A DNA stretch of 64,000 bases, from positions 124,001 through 188,000 of the forward strand of contig JALMLS010000179.1 of assembly GCA_038496445.1 (NCBI GenBank). Direction: 5' to 3'. A program made the position numbers and the translations under genes. Shown piece by piece: positions 24,742 to 36,097 of the stretch; positions within the stretch are counted from its first letter, which is position 1; every line of letters begins with the position of its first letter. This DNA comes from Trichosphaerium sp. ATCC 40318 (lineage: Eukaryota; Protista; Tubulinea). The notes beneath the pieces were generated by a model. It ran no database searches and was not told the origin of the DNA. It worked only from the letters and a program-made list of their open reading frames with translations.

Positions 24742-25473
24742 TTATTGCTTGCTTTGCAAGTTTGGAGAACATATAAACGTGGCACCACCGTTGTAGTTTG
24801 AAATACAATCGGTGGCTTTTGTCGTTGTTCCAAAATCCCCAAAAAGCTTGACTGTCAATGGTGGGTTGGGAAGGGCAGTTATAAGCGGGCAATAAAAGTT
24901 TGAAGGTCCCTGACTTTTGTCACAAATGGTCACGATTTTGGAACCCTTGTACAAGTGCACACTATTAACATTACCCCAACCTGATACATTTTCCATGTGG
25001 AATCCATACCACCACTTGCTAGTGCCAGCCTTGTTCCTGATTATGAAGCCTCCAGGGATGTCGCACTGTACGCGTTCAAACGTGATACCCACCACCCCAC
25101 AAGCTGCAGCCGCTTGTAAAGAGCCTACTACAGCCACTGCAGTGTCCCTATTCAAATCAAAGTGTATCGAAGAGCATTCTGCACATTGATCGATGATTTG
25201 GACTATTTGAGGGCTACCGCCTGCACAAACGCAGAGGGGGCTTATTTTAGAGGGTCCTGCACATGTTATCCTGTAACAACGACCACATCCATAGCCATCG
25301 TCGAATATTGTACTACCAGCTGCTGCGTAGTGACCGTTGATAGGGTGACCAGTGTATGGGCCGTTAGCGCCACAACTGTTTCCAAATGGGTTCCCACCAT
25401 AATATGTGGCTATACCTGACGCTGCGTATGTGCTAGTTATAACCAATGTAAGAAAAACAGTAACCGATTTCAT
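24742..25473 (-). CDS. Expansin-like protein 1 (DPBB + CBM63-like), intronless
   Basis: Signal peptide, ATYYG..CG, AAAG..FDDGYGCGRCYRITC, IDQC.EC...HFDL, FERVQC, TSKWWYG. Confidence 0.92.
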   Translation of the reverse strand: MKSVTVFLTLVITSTYAASGIATYYGGNPFGNSCGANGPYTGHPINGHYAAAGSTIFDDGYGCGRCYRITCAGPSKISPLCVCAGGSPQIVQIIDQCAECSSIHFDLNRDTAVAVVGSLQAAAACGVVGITFERVQCDIPGGFIIRNKAGTSKWWYGFHMENVSGWGNVNSVHLYKGSKIVTICDKSQGPSNFYCPLITALPNPPLTVKLFGDFGTTTKATDCISNYNGGATFICSPNLQSKQ

Positions 25474-26023
25474 GGTTTACTGCGTGGGCTAGGTGACTAT
25501 TGAGTTTTGTGCGTCAGTTTAACTTAATAATAATTAACACGTGTTGTCATGTATTGTTTGTATGCCAACCCTACATAAGCTCAAAAGGCATTTTGGTGTG
25601 AAGTTGTTTTCTGTAAATACAAGTTTCTCTTCGCTATCGTAATTTTACCCATGTTAGTTCGTGTTGATGCTTGCTGTTTCTTTTTTAACGCATGTTCAAC
25701 ACCACCAAACACACAAGCAATCAAAACATCCTACTATAGCGTATGTAGTGGAGCCCAAAAGATTAAAACCTACACGTTGTTTAGCCAAACAAACGTGTTT
25801 CGGTTCTGTAGCAACAGTGCGTGAAATAAGGGTTTAAGTTCGTTGCCTCACGCCATTCACGCAGCTACGACAAGGTTCGCTAGCAGCCATTAAAAGATAC
25901 AACACGTGATTTATTATCACTTTTGATAAATTTACAATGCTAAGGCTCCAATATTGGAACTTCAATTATTGGACAAAGCTTGGCAAAAGACGTTGTATGT
26001 TGCACATCCGAGATGCAGTTGTT

Positions 26024-26132
26024 TTCTCTTGGTAAAAAAAACAATACCAAAAATTACAGGTTTGTGAAACAGATACACCAAAGGTGTACCTTCCGCTTTC
26101 CCGCAAGATTGTACCTAATAGTAAGCACTAAT
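26024..26132 (+). repeat. Near-identical 109-bp direct repeat of 23551-23659
   Basis: TTCTCTTGGTAAAAAAAACAATACC...AGTAAGCACTAAT occurs twice, with one visible mismatch (ggcgta vs ggtgta). Confidence 0.9.
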
Positions 26133-26622
26133 TTCTAGTATCACGTTCTAGCGGACTATTTTGATTACTGGTTTCTATCAACCCACAAAACCAAAGACTC
26201 AGAGCTATCAATGGGTGGGCGTAAGTGTTATTAAACAATTCTTGGGAAATTATAAGGGTTAGAGAATACAATTAGCTACCATCCTGCTGATACTGGTTAT
26301 TTGCAATCTTTTTTCGAACTAGAATCTTTACTGGATTTGGTTCCAGGTCTTGATGTTGACTTTTGTTCAGGTTTACCTATTACACTTTCAGTTTGATCTG
26401 ACATCTTGTTAAATAAATTAGTTTCGAACATGTACAATTTGTGTGTTTGGTAGCCAAAACGACAGTGCCACGAATTCATTGCGAAATGCCCTCTTTCTGG
26501 TGATTTTCATGGATTTTGTTGGATCCCACTAAACTTATGGGTAAGAAAGTACAGTATAGCTTGACCAAGTAGCAAGGATTGTTTTGAAAACACCAGCGGG
26601 TAATTTGATGTTTATTGCAGTT

Positions 26623-27342
26623 TTACAAGTTTGGAGAACAAGTAAACGTAGCGCCACCGATGTAGCTTGAAATACAATCGGTGGCTGTTGTCGTTGTTCC
26701 AAAATCCCCAAAAAGCTTGACTGTCAATGGTGGGTTGGGAAGAACCGTTATAAGCGGGCAATAAAAGAATGATGTTCCCTGACTTTTGTCGCACGTGGCA
26801 ACGAGGGTGGAACCCTTGAATAAGTGCACACTATTAACATTACCCCAACCTGATACATTTTCCATGTGGAATCCATACCACCACTTGCTAGTGCCGCCCT
26901 TGTTCCTGATTATGAAGCCTCCAGGGATGTCGCACTGTACGCGTTCGAACGTGATACCTATCACACCACATGCTAAAGCCGCCCTTGGAGAGCCTACTAT
27001 AGCGGCTCCAGTGTCCAAATCCAAATCAAAATGAGTGGAGGAGCATTCTGGGCATTTATCGATGATTTGGACTATTTGAGGACTACCACCTGTACAATCG
27101 CAGAAAGGGTTTATTTGCGAGGGTCCTGTACACTTTATCCTGTAACAACGACCACATCCATAGCCATCGTTGAATATTGTACCACCAGCTGCTGCGTAGT
27201 GACCATTGATAGGGTGACCAGTGTACGGGCCGTTAGCGCCACAACTGTTTCCAAATGGGTTTCCACCATAAAACGTGGCTTGGCCAGACGCTGCGTATGT
27301 GGTCGTTATCACCAATGTAAGAAAAACAACAACCGATTTCAT
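26623..27342 (-). CDS. Expansin-like protein 2, tandem paralogue, intronless
   Basis: Same motifs as 24742..25473 with high identity. About 250 bp of upstream sequence is also homologous. Confidence 0.92.
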   Translation of the reverse strand: MKSVVVFLTLVITTTYAASGQATFYGGNPFGNSCGANGPYTGHPINGHYAAAGGTIFNDGYGCGRCYRIKCTGPSQINPFCDCTGGSPQIVQIIDKCPECSSTHFDLDLDTGAAIVGSPRAALACGVIGITFERVQCDIPGGFIIRNKGGTSKWWYGFHMENVSGWGNVNSVHLFKGSTLVATCDKSQGTSFFYCPLITVLPNPPLTVKLFGDFGTTTTATDCISSYIGGATFTCSPNL

Positions 27343-27752
27343 GTTTTACTGCGAGCTTGATAGTGACTATTGAGTTTTGTGCGTCGGTTAACTTAAAATA
27401 AAAATAAACACGCCTTGTTTGTATACGCCTACATAAGCTCAAAAAGTATTTATGGATAGCTATTTTCTGTAAATACAACCACGAAGTTTGTCTGGTTTTC
27501 GCGAACGTATGGCCAGAGTGCTTGTTCTTTTTGGTGCTTGTCGTTTTATTTTAGCACGTGTTCAGCACTACCACACACGAACAATCAAAAATCCATAAGC
27601 AACTGTGTACACGGATTTTGTTATTGAACAGCAATCAAACCATAACAAATCTGAATTTACCAAAAAACACTAAAATGCTATTTCAAGATTCAAAATTATA
27701 ATTTATGATACTAGTTGTGGTTACAAGTATTCTTATGTGTCGTATAGAAGCT

Positions 27753-30700
27753 TCAGCTGACTACAGTAAAGTGAATTTCTACAGCTAGTCCAGCATTGCC
27801 AGTCGGCAATTGCCCACCTGAACCGTCATTGTTAAATGGCACCGCACGAAGAACATAGTCTCCTGGTGTAATATTCCACATATTTGGATCTGTACCACTT
27901 CTTCCAGCAATAAAGTAACCAGCATCATTTTCAATTTTCTCTACAGCACCACCAAGGTAGAATACAACAGAGTCAACACTCGCTAATTACGTGTAAGTAC
28001 AAACTCTATACTTTCCAAGTTTTTTCCGGAAAAAATTGCGTACGCGTCACAAGTGCTTCAATTGATACTTCGGGATTAACACTGAGGTCAATCACTGCAC
28101 CATCGCATATTGGACCAAGGTCTGTGTTGCTGTCAGTATCCCATAGACGTAAACCAGTCACTGCAAAGCTTTGGTTGCCAACAAGTGTAATTGGAATGGT
28201 TACAGGGAACTTCTCATCTCCTGTCGCGTCTGAACCTGTGAATGGTGTCGCTACTATTGTCACACATTGAGGGTGTGCAAACGCTTGGCATCCACTTGAA
28301 GGACTAATTGCTGATACCGGGAAGCTATAAGGAGCACTATTGTCGATACTAAAGTACCAGTAAGCATCAACGAATAACAACAACAACATTGTAGTTTAGC
28401 TCGTTTTTGAACAGACGTACACTTCAAATGTTGGGAAAGGCCCAGATATTGTAAACTTAACAGAACTAACAGTGCCAATCGTTTGAGCAACTATCTGGTC
28501 ACCTTCACGCAGTGGGTCTGCTCTCAAGTCAATTTCATTACCAGATGACAAAATGTCATCAAGCGTGTTTCCGTCCTTATCTACCAGAGACAGTCTTGTA
28601 GTTGCTGCACAATTGTCGAAAATATCATCATCTGGTGCCGCAGCCATGAAAGGTGTACCAGCCAAGTTGTATCCTGGAAAATGTGTGCGTACTAAGCCCT
28701 CAAGGGTCACTGTTTTGATTTGATCAACTTCCGCTTGAGATAGAGGAAGCTCTCCAAGAAGTGTTGATACACCCAAATTAGGTTGATTTTCGAACCAGAA
28801 TCGGTCACCATCACGTGATCTTCTATATTGATCAAGTATTACACGTGCTGCAGTACGTCCAAGATTAGATCCAGGGGCTTTTTTTTCACTCATAAAACCC
28901 ATCCAAGCATCGATGTGGATAAGTTTTTGATATGCCTGTATATAAGGTTAATTTTCAACAATTAGGACCAGTTTTGTGTACACTTCTTGTTTCGTCTGCA
29001 AGACTATCGTTTGATATCCATGTGTCCCAACATCCTAGACTGTCAAGTCCAGGAGATGAAGGGCTTGAAGAACATCCGTTGCGACTGTACAAACGACCAG
29101 GTTCAGGCATTAGACCATTCCAACTGTCGTAAACAGTATTGAAGTCTGGTACACCCTCGTGACGTGCACGTTGCATATTAAGTGTCAAGACATCTAATAA
29201 AATGATTAATTTGCTAATAGTTGGCTGTCAAAAACGTACCTTGGCCAATAAGTACCGGTCCAAAATTGATATTTCTCAAAGTGTTATGTACAAGGTGGTC
29301 GAATTCTTCGAGTTGAGTGTACGACATTGTTCTAGCAACATCAGTGTGTCCACCTGCGCCCATAATCTAAACAAAGTTAAGGTATTTTTTAATAATAAGT
29401 AGGAGCGTACAGCACGAAGAGGAAAGACTGTACGAAGACCAATAATGCCGTTGAATCCTTTTTTTAAATCCTTGTTTCTGCAATCATCGAACAGCGAGAT
29501 ACTATCAAACACGGTAGAGTGACCGTATCTTCCAGCAGCAAATGAGAAAAGTGGTGACATGCGTCCATCTACGCCAGACTTATAACCGTTCCACCTTCTA
29601 CAACACAGGGTCAACAGCACATATGAAGAAAAAAAGCATACCCTAAATATCGAGCTATTTGCAAGTCTCCCATTAACAGAGGCAAGTACTCATTGTATAC
29701 AATATGTTGATATTGTGCAGTGTTGATAATTCTAGCCTTTTGGAATAGCTGCTCATCATTCCACTGTGGATGCTAACGAAAGGTTAGATTAAAAGGAAGA
29801 AGTAAAGTAATGTTAAACTACGAACCTGCGCTTTTAGATTCTTTGCTATCCTGTTATGTTCTTGATGAAACATGGTATGTATAGTAAGCAATCCCATATT
29901 TTCACCTGCTCGTCTATCTCCAGATACCAATATAACGTCATCGGGTTCATTAAAGGCATCTGATGGAGTATCTAGAAGAGATGTAAACCAACACTGTATG
30001 GTAAAGACTCAATACCAAAAAAACAATCGTACTAATTTGAGACTTTAGAGGAAGTACACCTAATAGTTTTCTCGTTTCAGGATCTGAAGTCAGGTCGCTT
30101 AAATCGTTGGGATTCCATGTGGAGGTATACTTATGATCAGAGAGGAGCAAGAGCCCATCAGAAACTATGTTCAGAAAATTTTAGATAAGGAGCACGTGTA
30201 CATTTAACTGAGATGTTAAAAAAAAATGCGTAATCAATACACGCGAGTATTGGAGTACGCGTTGATTTGGTTTTTACGTACAGGTGCGCTGCTTGTTGAG
30301 GAATTCAATATCATTCCAGTAAATATTAGACATATCCATCCAGTGGGTTTGCATATTCAGAGGTTGTCTCACGCCATTACTATCATTAGTGGCCACGGTG
30401 ACGCCAGTACGAAGAAACTTTCCAATGAATGGAAGGATGGTTTTAGGTTGCCCAACTAATAAAGTTCTTAGCTTTGGAAGGACACGAAACATTTCTGATT
30501 TCTAAGAAACGTGGCCTTCTTCACAGGCGTACAAAAGAATAGAAGTGGATCGTCATCGGCCACAGGGATCAGTATGTTATTAACTGGATCTGGTGGCCCA
30601 GCAGGGTTGGTAGGAAGGGACTCTGTCTACGACAAAAAGTAGGTCAAAGTGAACTATAAATTATTGGGATAAAATCTGAGAAAAGAACTTCTGTTGTACT

Positions 30701-31101
30701 CTCTGATTTTCTAAACTTCCAGACTTTTTCGTATAAATTAAAGGACGTACCAACGCCATGTCGTGAGAGATAAACTGACCGAAGAAGGTATGAAAGAGCG
30801 ATAGTCCTTTAGCAGTCTTTGCGCTTTTTGGAGTCGTTTCAATGGTGGACAAGCGATTTGACGCTTCTCTTGTTGTAATTGGTGATACACGCGGTGTATC
30901 AAAGCCATTCTCGTAAAAAGCTCCCTCCTTCGTCCTGTAGTACGGCGTGTGTGGTGTACCACGATCAACATCAGCTTGGTGATTACAACTGCCGTCAAAA
31001 GTGCGTATGGTATCAGTCTCAGGACCACATGTAGTTTGGGATGCTACTAGCAGTGCTAGGCACGTGAATATTACATAATGACACGTGAGAAATGTTGCCA
31101 T
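27753..31101 (-). CDS. Secreted haem peroxidase (peroxidase-cyclooxygenase family) with two C-terminal beta-sandwich repeats
   Basis: Signal peptide, RTFDGSCN, FFGQFISHD (distal His), THWMDMSNIY, GDRRAGEN, EHNRIA, AAGRYGHS (proximal His), NMQRARHEG, RDGDRFWFEN. Confidence 0.92.
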
Positions 31102-31455
31102 CTTGCGTGGCAGGTGTAATCTATCTGTTTTGGTTTGTGCGGTGTTCACCACAAATAATTTAGCCGCTAGCGATTTTTGGGATGTTCCACGCGTAGCACG
31201 ATACTCATTGTAGAACTACGCATAAGAAAGCTCTATTTGTGCACCAAAACGTCTTCAATGAATAAACTTTTGAGATTGTGGTGCTTTATTGTATGAGTAA
31301 CAGCTACAGTAACTACTTTGAACTCAAGTTCACAACAACATGGAAATGCGTCAACATTTACACTGGTAATGTTTCAGTGATTACAACCTTTAATTTATGT
31401 AAACGCAAGATTTGGGATTTTCTATTTATCACGTGGCTTTTCCTAGGTTTTATCG

Positions 31456-32056
31456 CTACATCCATTGCCACCGTGGTTGAAATACCTTGCACGCGTTAAC
31501 TAAACCTGTACCATGAAAAAAAGTAAAGTATCCATAAAAACAGAGAGCTCACCATGTATTCGTGTCCATCTTGTTGCAGGGTTGCAGAATACATCAGCGC
31601 TCGTTTCCTATTCTGCCACTCTGTCTTTGAAATAAAGCCTTCCTTATGAAGTACAGACAGTGCATTGATTTCGTGAGATATCTGGTCAGCATCGACAATA
31701 AGCATAGCACTCATTCTAGAAGAAAAAATCAGCTACTGGTGTTTGACCTAAACCTTCTTGGTTACTTGAATAAGCGGGCTTACTTGGATATCATTTGATA
31801 ACTCGGTGGTTGTTCTTTGACGTCCTTTGATTCTGTTGGAGACGCCGGCGTCCTGTTTTATTGGGTTAGTTACATGAAATTCGGTTAAGTACAACAAATC
31901 GGTTAAAAAAGCCACGAACGGCAGATTTCTATGATGTTGACGCGTTATAAGCACAGGATTTTATCTTTTAACGCACTGTTGGGAACGTGTGTTAAAAGTT
32001 GGTGTTCTTTGCATTCTGGCAACATCTAACCCAGCGGATGCTCTTTTGCGCGACAT
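31456..32056 (-). CDS. Small protein with a SHOCT-like domain
   Basis: Four phase-consistent exons. EINALSVLHKEGFISKTEWQNRKRALM fits the SHOCT pattern. Confidence 0.5.
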
Positions 32057-32278
32057 GACAGCTATGACACTAATTATTTGTACAAAAGGGACTTAACATC
32101 CCAGTCAGATTTTGACTAAAATTGTGACACGCGCACTTGCCATACTTTGTAAAATAATGCTTGATTCAAACTATCACAATCACTGCTTACATCTAGTGCG
32201 TATGGAACGATAAACAGTGACAATATGATCGAATAAACAAACCAGTTATGTATTACTGAAAAATTGCTTTTATTTTAT

Positions 32279-34864
32279 TTATTGTTTCAAGGTATCCAAA
32301 AGCTTTAGTAAATCATCTTCTTTCTCATTTACAACAGACACCAGGAATGAGTTATTTTGGAATGTATCTAATAATTTGTATGAAGCAGAGTCAGCTTCAA
32401 ATAGTGATTTCCAGTCATTCCATAAAGCGAAAGCTTCGTTCTAAAGGGAAAAAAAATGTCAGAATTTTTTTGTTGTTGAACAAAGGAGTTGGTTTGTACC
32501 TTCCATGTGGTCTTAAAGACATCGGCATCTACTACAATAGGCTCGCGTACACCGTTTTCGAATTTTCCTGAAGCAATAACTGAGACATCTGTCAAGTTAC
32601 CGTCACATTCTCCCTTTGAAAAAAATGGTTAGAATAAAAAAACTCAAAACGTCAATTCACTGATTACCTTTGCATTTACAGTTTGGTAGCTTACTCCTTT
32701 ACTCTTCAATAGAGTCTTTACAGCCTCAATTTTATCTGCAGGGACGAAAAACTCGATATACTCCTGTTAAAAACAACAAGTAAGGAAATGCTTCGATTCG
32801 AAAAAAAAGGTATAACATACTTTTTGTGAGACAGTTCCCTTGTCTACACCCCAACCACCAACAACTTGAGAGTCCAAGTCTGATAATTTTGGAAGGTAAT
32901 TAATAACATAAACACCCTTTTCGCTTAAACCAGCCAAGTTGTTTTGAGCAACAGGTTCTACAGCTGGCAAATCAATCCTGCAAAAAAAAAAGTAAATCAA
33001 GGTGTTCTCCTCTTTGTTGTTCTTATAGATCCGTACCATGGCAAGTATGCGATAGAGTTCTTCCAGTATTTATCAAATACTCCTGCGATATCGGCTTGTG
33101 TCTCTGGAGTTCCCCATTTGGCCAAACGAGTCTTCTTTGTTGGTCCATGAAGAGATTCAATAAGAGCATCAGATACAGGTACAATAGCTTGAGTGTTTGC
33201 GATCCATTCTTTCTTGTTAGTTGGGTATGTAGTCCATTCCTCAGTACGTGCAATATAAGACTTTGCGCGACCTTGCCAGTATACTAAAACGCACAATAAG
33301 TAAAACACCAATACAAACCAAAATTAAAAAAAAGAGTTTAACAAAGATTTCACTCCGTGGCAATTTTTGGAGAGTTTTAGTACCTGGTCTAACACCTTCA
33401 TTGACACGTTTCTCAACAAGAGACTAAATAGGCGTTAAAAAAGAAGAACCTTTTATATGCAAGAAATATGGTTAACACGTACTCTGACAAAAGGTACAGG
33501 ACGGAAGCTGTCTCTTGTTTTTAACAAACCGAGGTTTTTCAAGATTTCCATTGTAGAATATTCGGTATTTAATGTGTAAAAATGTAATCCTCTAACACCA
33601 TTTGCAATCAACTTCTTGCACATATCGGTACATTGCTTAATACCGTATTGAACTACAGCAGCTTCGTCATCCTTAAGAGAACATGTGAGACGCCTATTGT
33701 AACAAGTGCTGGCCGTTTTGGTTCAGTTAAGACTTACCTTGACTTTCTCTAGTTCTGCCAAAACGTCATCTGGAATTGTAGACTTGCAAAGGCCGCAAAT
33801 ACGTTTAATGCTATCTAGAGCAGTATAAGATTATGTTGGGTGTCTTTGTATATTATTTACCGTATTTGACGATTGGCATGAGACCAGGTAGGATAGGTAC
33901 AGTGATACCAATATCACGGCAATCTTTTTGGAATTTAAGAAAGAAATCAGCATCAAAAAAGAGCTGTGTAATGATGACATCTGCTCCAGCGTCAACTTTT
34001 GCTTTAAGGTTTTTAAGATCTTCTTCATAGCTTGGAGCATCTGAGTGCTTTTCAGGGTATCCTTAAGAAAGCGTCAACATAAAGTACAAGCTTGTTTAAA
34101 AAAAGACTTTAAAAGACCAGTCCAAATTGCAAAGTTTTTTTTGACACGTAAACAAATATGGGAACAAAAAGCAGTCCAAGGCTGATATTTTTTCGTTTTA
34201 TCTTGTCTATACTCTACGTACCAGCTACTGAAATGTTAAAATAGTCTCCATAGTTTTTTCTGATGTATTTGACGAGATCAGCTGCGTATGCGAAGCCACC
34301 TTCAATTTCTTTCCATTCTTCGCCTTTAGGAGGGTCTAGAAACAGGTTAAAGATATATTAACGAACACGGACAAATTAAAGCTTTAAATATTTTTTGTAC
34401 CTCCGCGCAAAGCGACAATATTGCAAATACCAACTTCCTTACACTTATCCAAAGCAGCTTTTAGTGTTGCTACCTCCATATTTGTGCATCTAGGGTCGTA
34501 ATTAATTATTTTCTTACGTGCTTTACATTAAATGTTACGCAAGAAGAATACGTATGCGTACGTGATATGCATGTTGGTTTCTAAGCCGCAGTATGTTTGA
34601 GCGTTTATGCACATTGCAGTTGTAAGAGTGCTTGTGCTTCCGCCAGCACCCCATGTTACATCACAGAATTGAGGTTGTAGTTGAGAAAGGAGATCAAATT
34701 TGCGATAAACAGTTTTCAGCTCTATTTCTCAGTGAGGATGGTTTCTTATAGCGGTAATAAGTCTACGTACGGGATCTAGGAGGATAAAACTCAAAGGAGT
34801 AAAACACTTTATCTTCAGCTGTGAGAGCTTTTATACGTGGTGCAATCTTTCTTGTATCTGTCAT
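32279..34864 (-). CDS. MTHFR: Methylenetetrahydrofolate reductase, eukaryotic two-domain form
   Basis: [72 protein letters not shown], then the regulatory domain ([23 protein letters not shown]). Confidence 0.95.
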
Positions 34865-35072
34865 GGTGTTTGTTTTGAGTGTAAATAGACCAAGTGATAA
34901 GTGTCGAAGTTTCCTCCTTTTTCAGAGTTCTCTGAAACTAGAAGTTTATGCCATTGGTGTTTAAACTTCTCTTGATTAACGCAACGTCATTAGGTATCGC
35001 AACGCGCGCTGAACGAGAATCACCTGAGTCTTAAAGTAACTGTTAAGCACTTATTACTCATTTGTCTCAGTA
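34865..35072. promoter_or_regulatory. Probable bidirectional promoter between MTHFR and MtnB/APIP
   Basis: Divergent ATGs at 34864 (-) and 35073 (+), 208 nt apart. Confidence 0.55.
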
Positions 35073-35983
35073 ATGGCAGAATCACCTGATAGCCCACGCG
35101 TCGTTATACCAGCACTATGTAAACTCGGTTATGAGCGAAACTGGGGATTTGAAGGCACAGGTGGCAGTGTCAGTATGCTACATGAGTACTACAAGCGTTA
35201 GGGTATTTTTTAATAACGCTTGAACAGGGGTTTGGTGTATGTAGCGCCAAGTGGCGTAGAAAAGGAAAAAATGTCAGGAGACGAGCTTTTTGTTGTTGAC
35301 AAGGACGGTAAAAGTACGTATTAGTTTCGTATTTCTCAATTACATTCTAACGCCGCCAAGTTGTTGGTGAACGCCCTAAAACCGCTAAAGCAAAGAAGCC
35401 AAGTGCTTCTACAGGCCTTTTCTTGCTTTCCCATTTTATGAGCGGTGCAGGCTGTTGTATCCATACTCATTCCCAAGACTCAGTACTATGCTCTCTAATG
35501 GGCGATACAGAGTTTAGAATGACAAACATAGAAATGATTAAAGGTAATTATTTAAAACGTTTGAACAGAAATCTCAATGACTGACTTGAGTTAAGGTATA
35601 AAGAAGGGTTGTGGTCCTAGCGCAGGCCGTCATCAAAACTACGATATATTGACTATACCTATCATTGAAAATAAGCCTACAGAACCAGATTTGGAAGAAT
35701 CCTTTGAAGAAACTTTGAAACGGTTTGTTTTTTACAAGTGTCAAACTCTCAATGTCTTACTTTTGTTTTCAGATACCCACAAACTAACGCTATACTTGTG
35801 CGGTACGAAACGCTCTTATCAACATAGTCTAATCTTACATTTAGTGGTCATGGCGTCTATACATGGGGCGACAACTGGAAGCACGCAAAGGCTCAGTATG
35901 AGTGCTACAATTTTCTATTTTCTCTCGCTGTAAAGATGCGCAGCATGGGTCTTCCGCTTGTACCAGAGACCGCGACAAAATAA
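35073..35983 (+). CDS. APIP: Methylthioribulose-1-phosphate dehydratase (methionine salvage)
   Basis: [43 protein letters not shown]|[15 protein letters not shown]. Confidence 0.92.
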
Positions 35984-36097
35984 AATGTAAAAACCCACTA
36001 AAGTCTCCTTGTACTTGATGTAGTCACATCACGTGTTGCAATGTGTCACGCGAAATTTGCTGTTAGGGTAAATTTGCTGACTCATCATAAACTCCAA

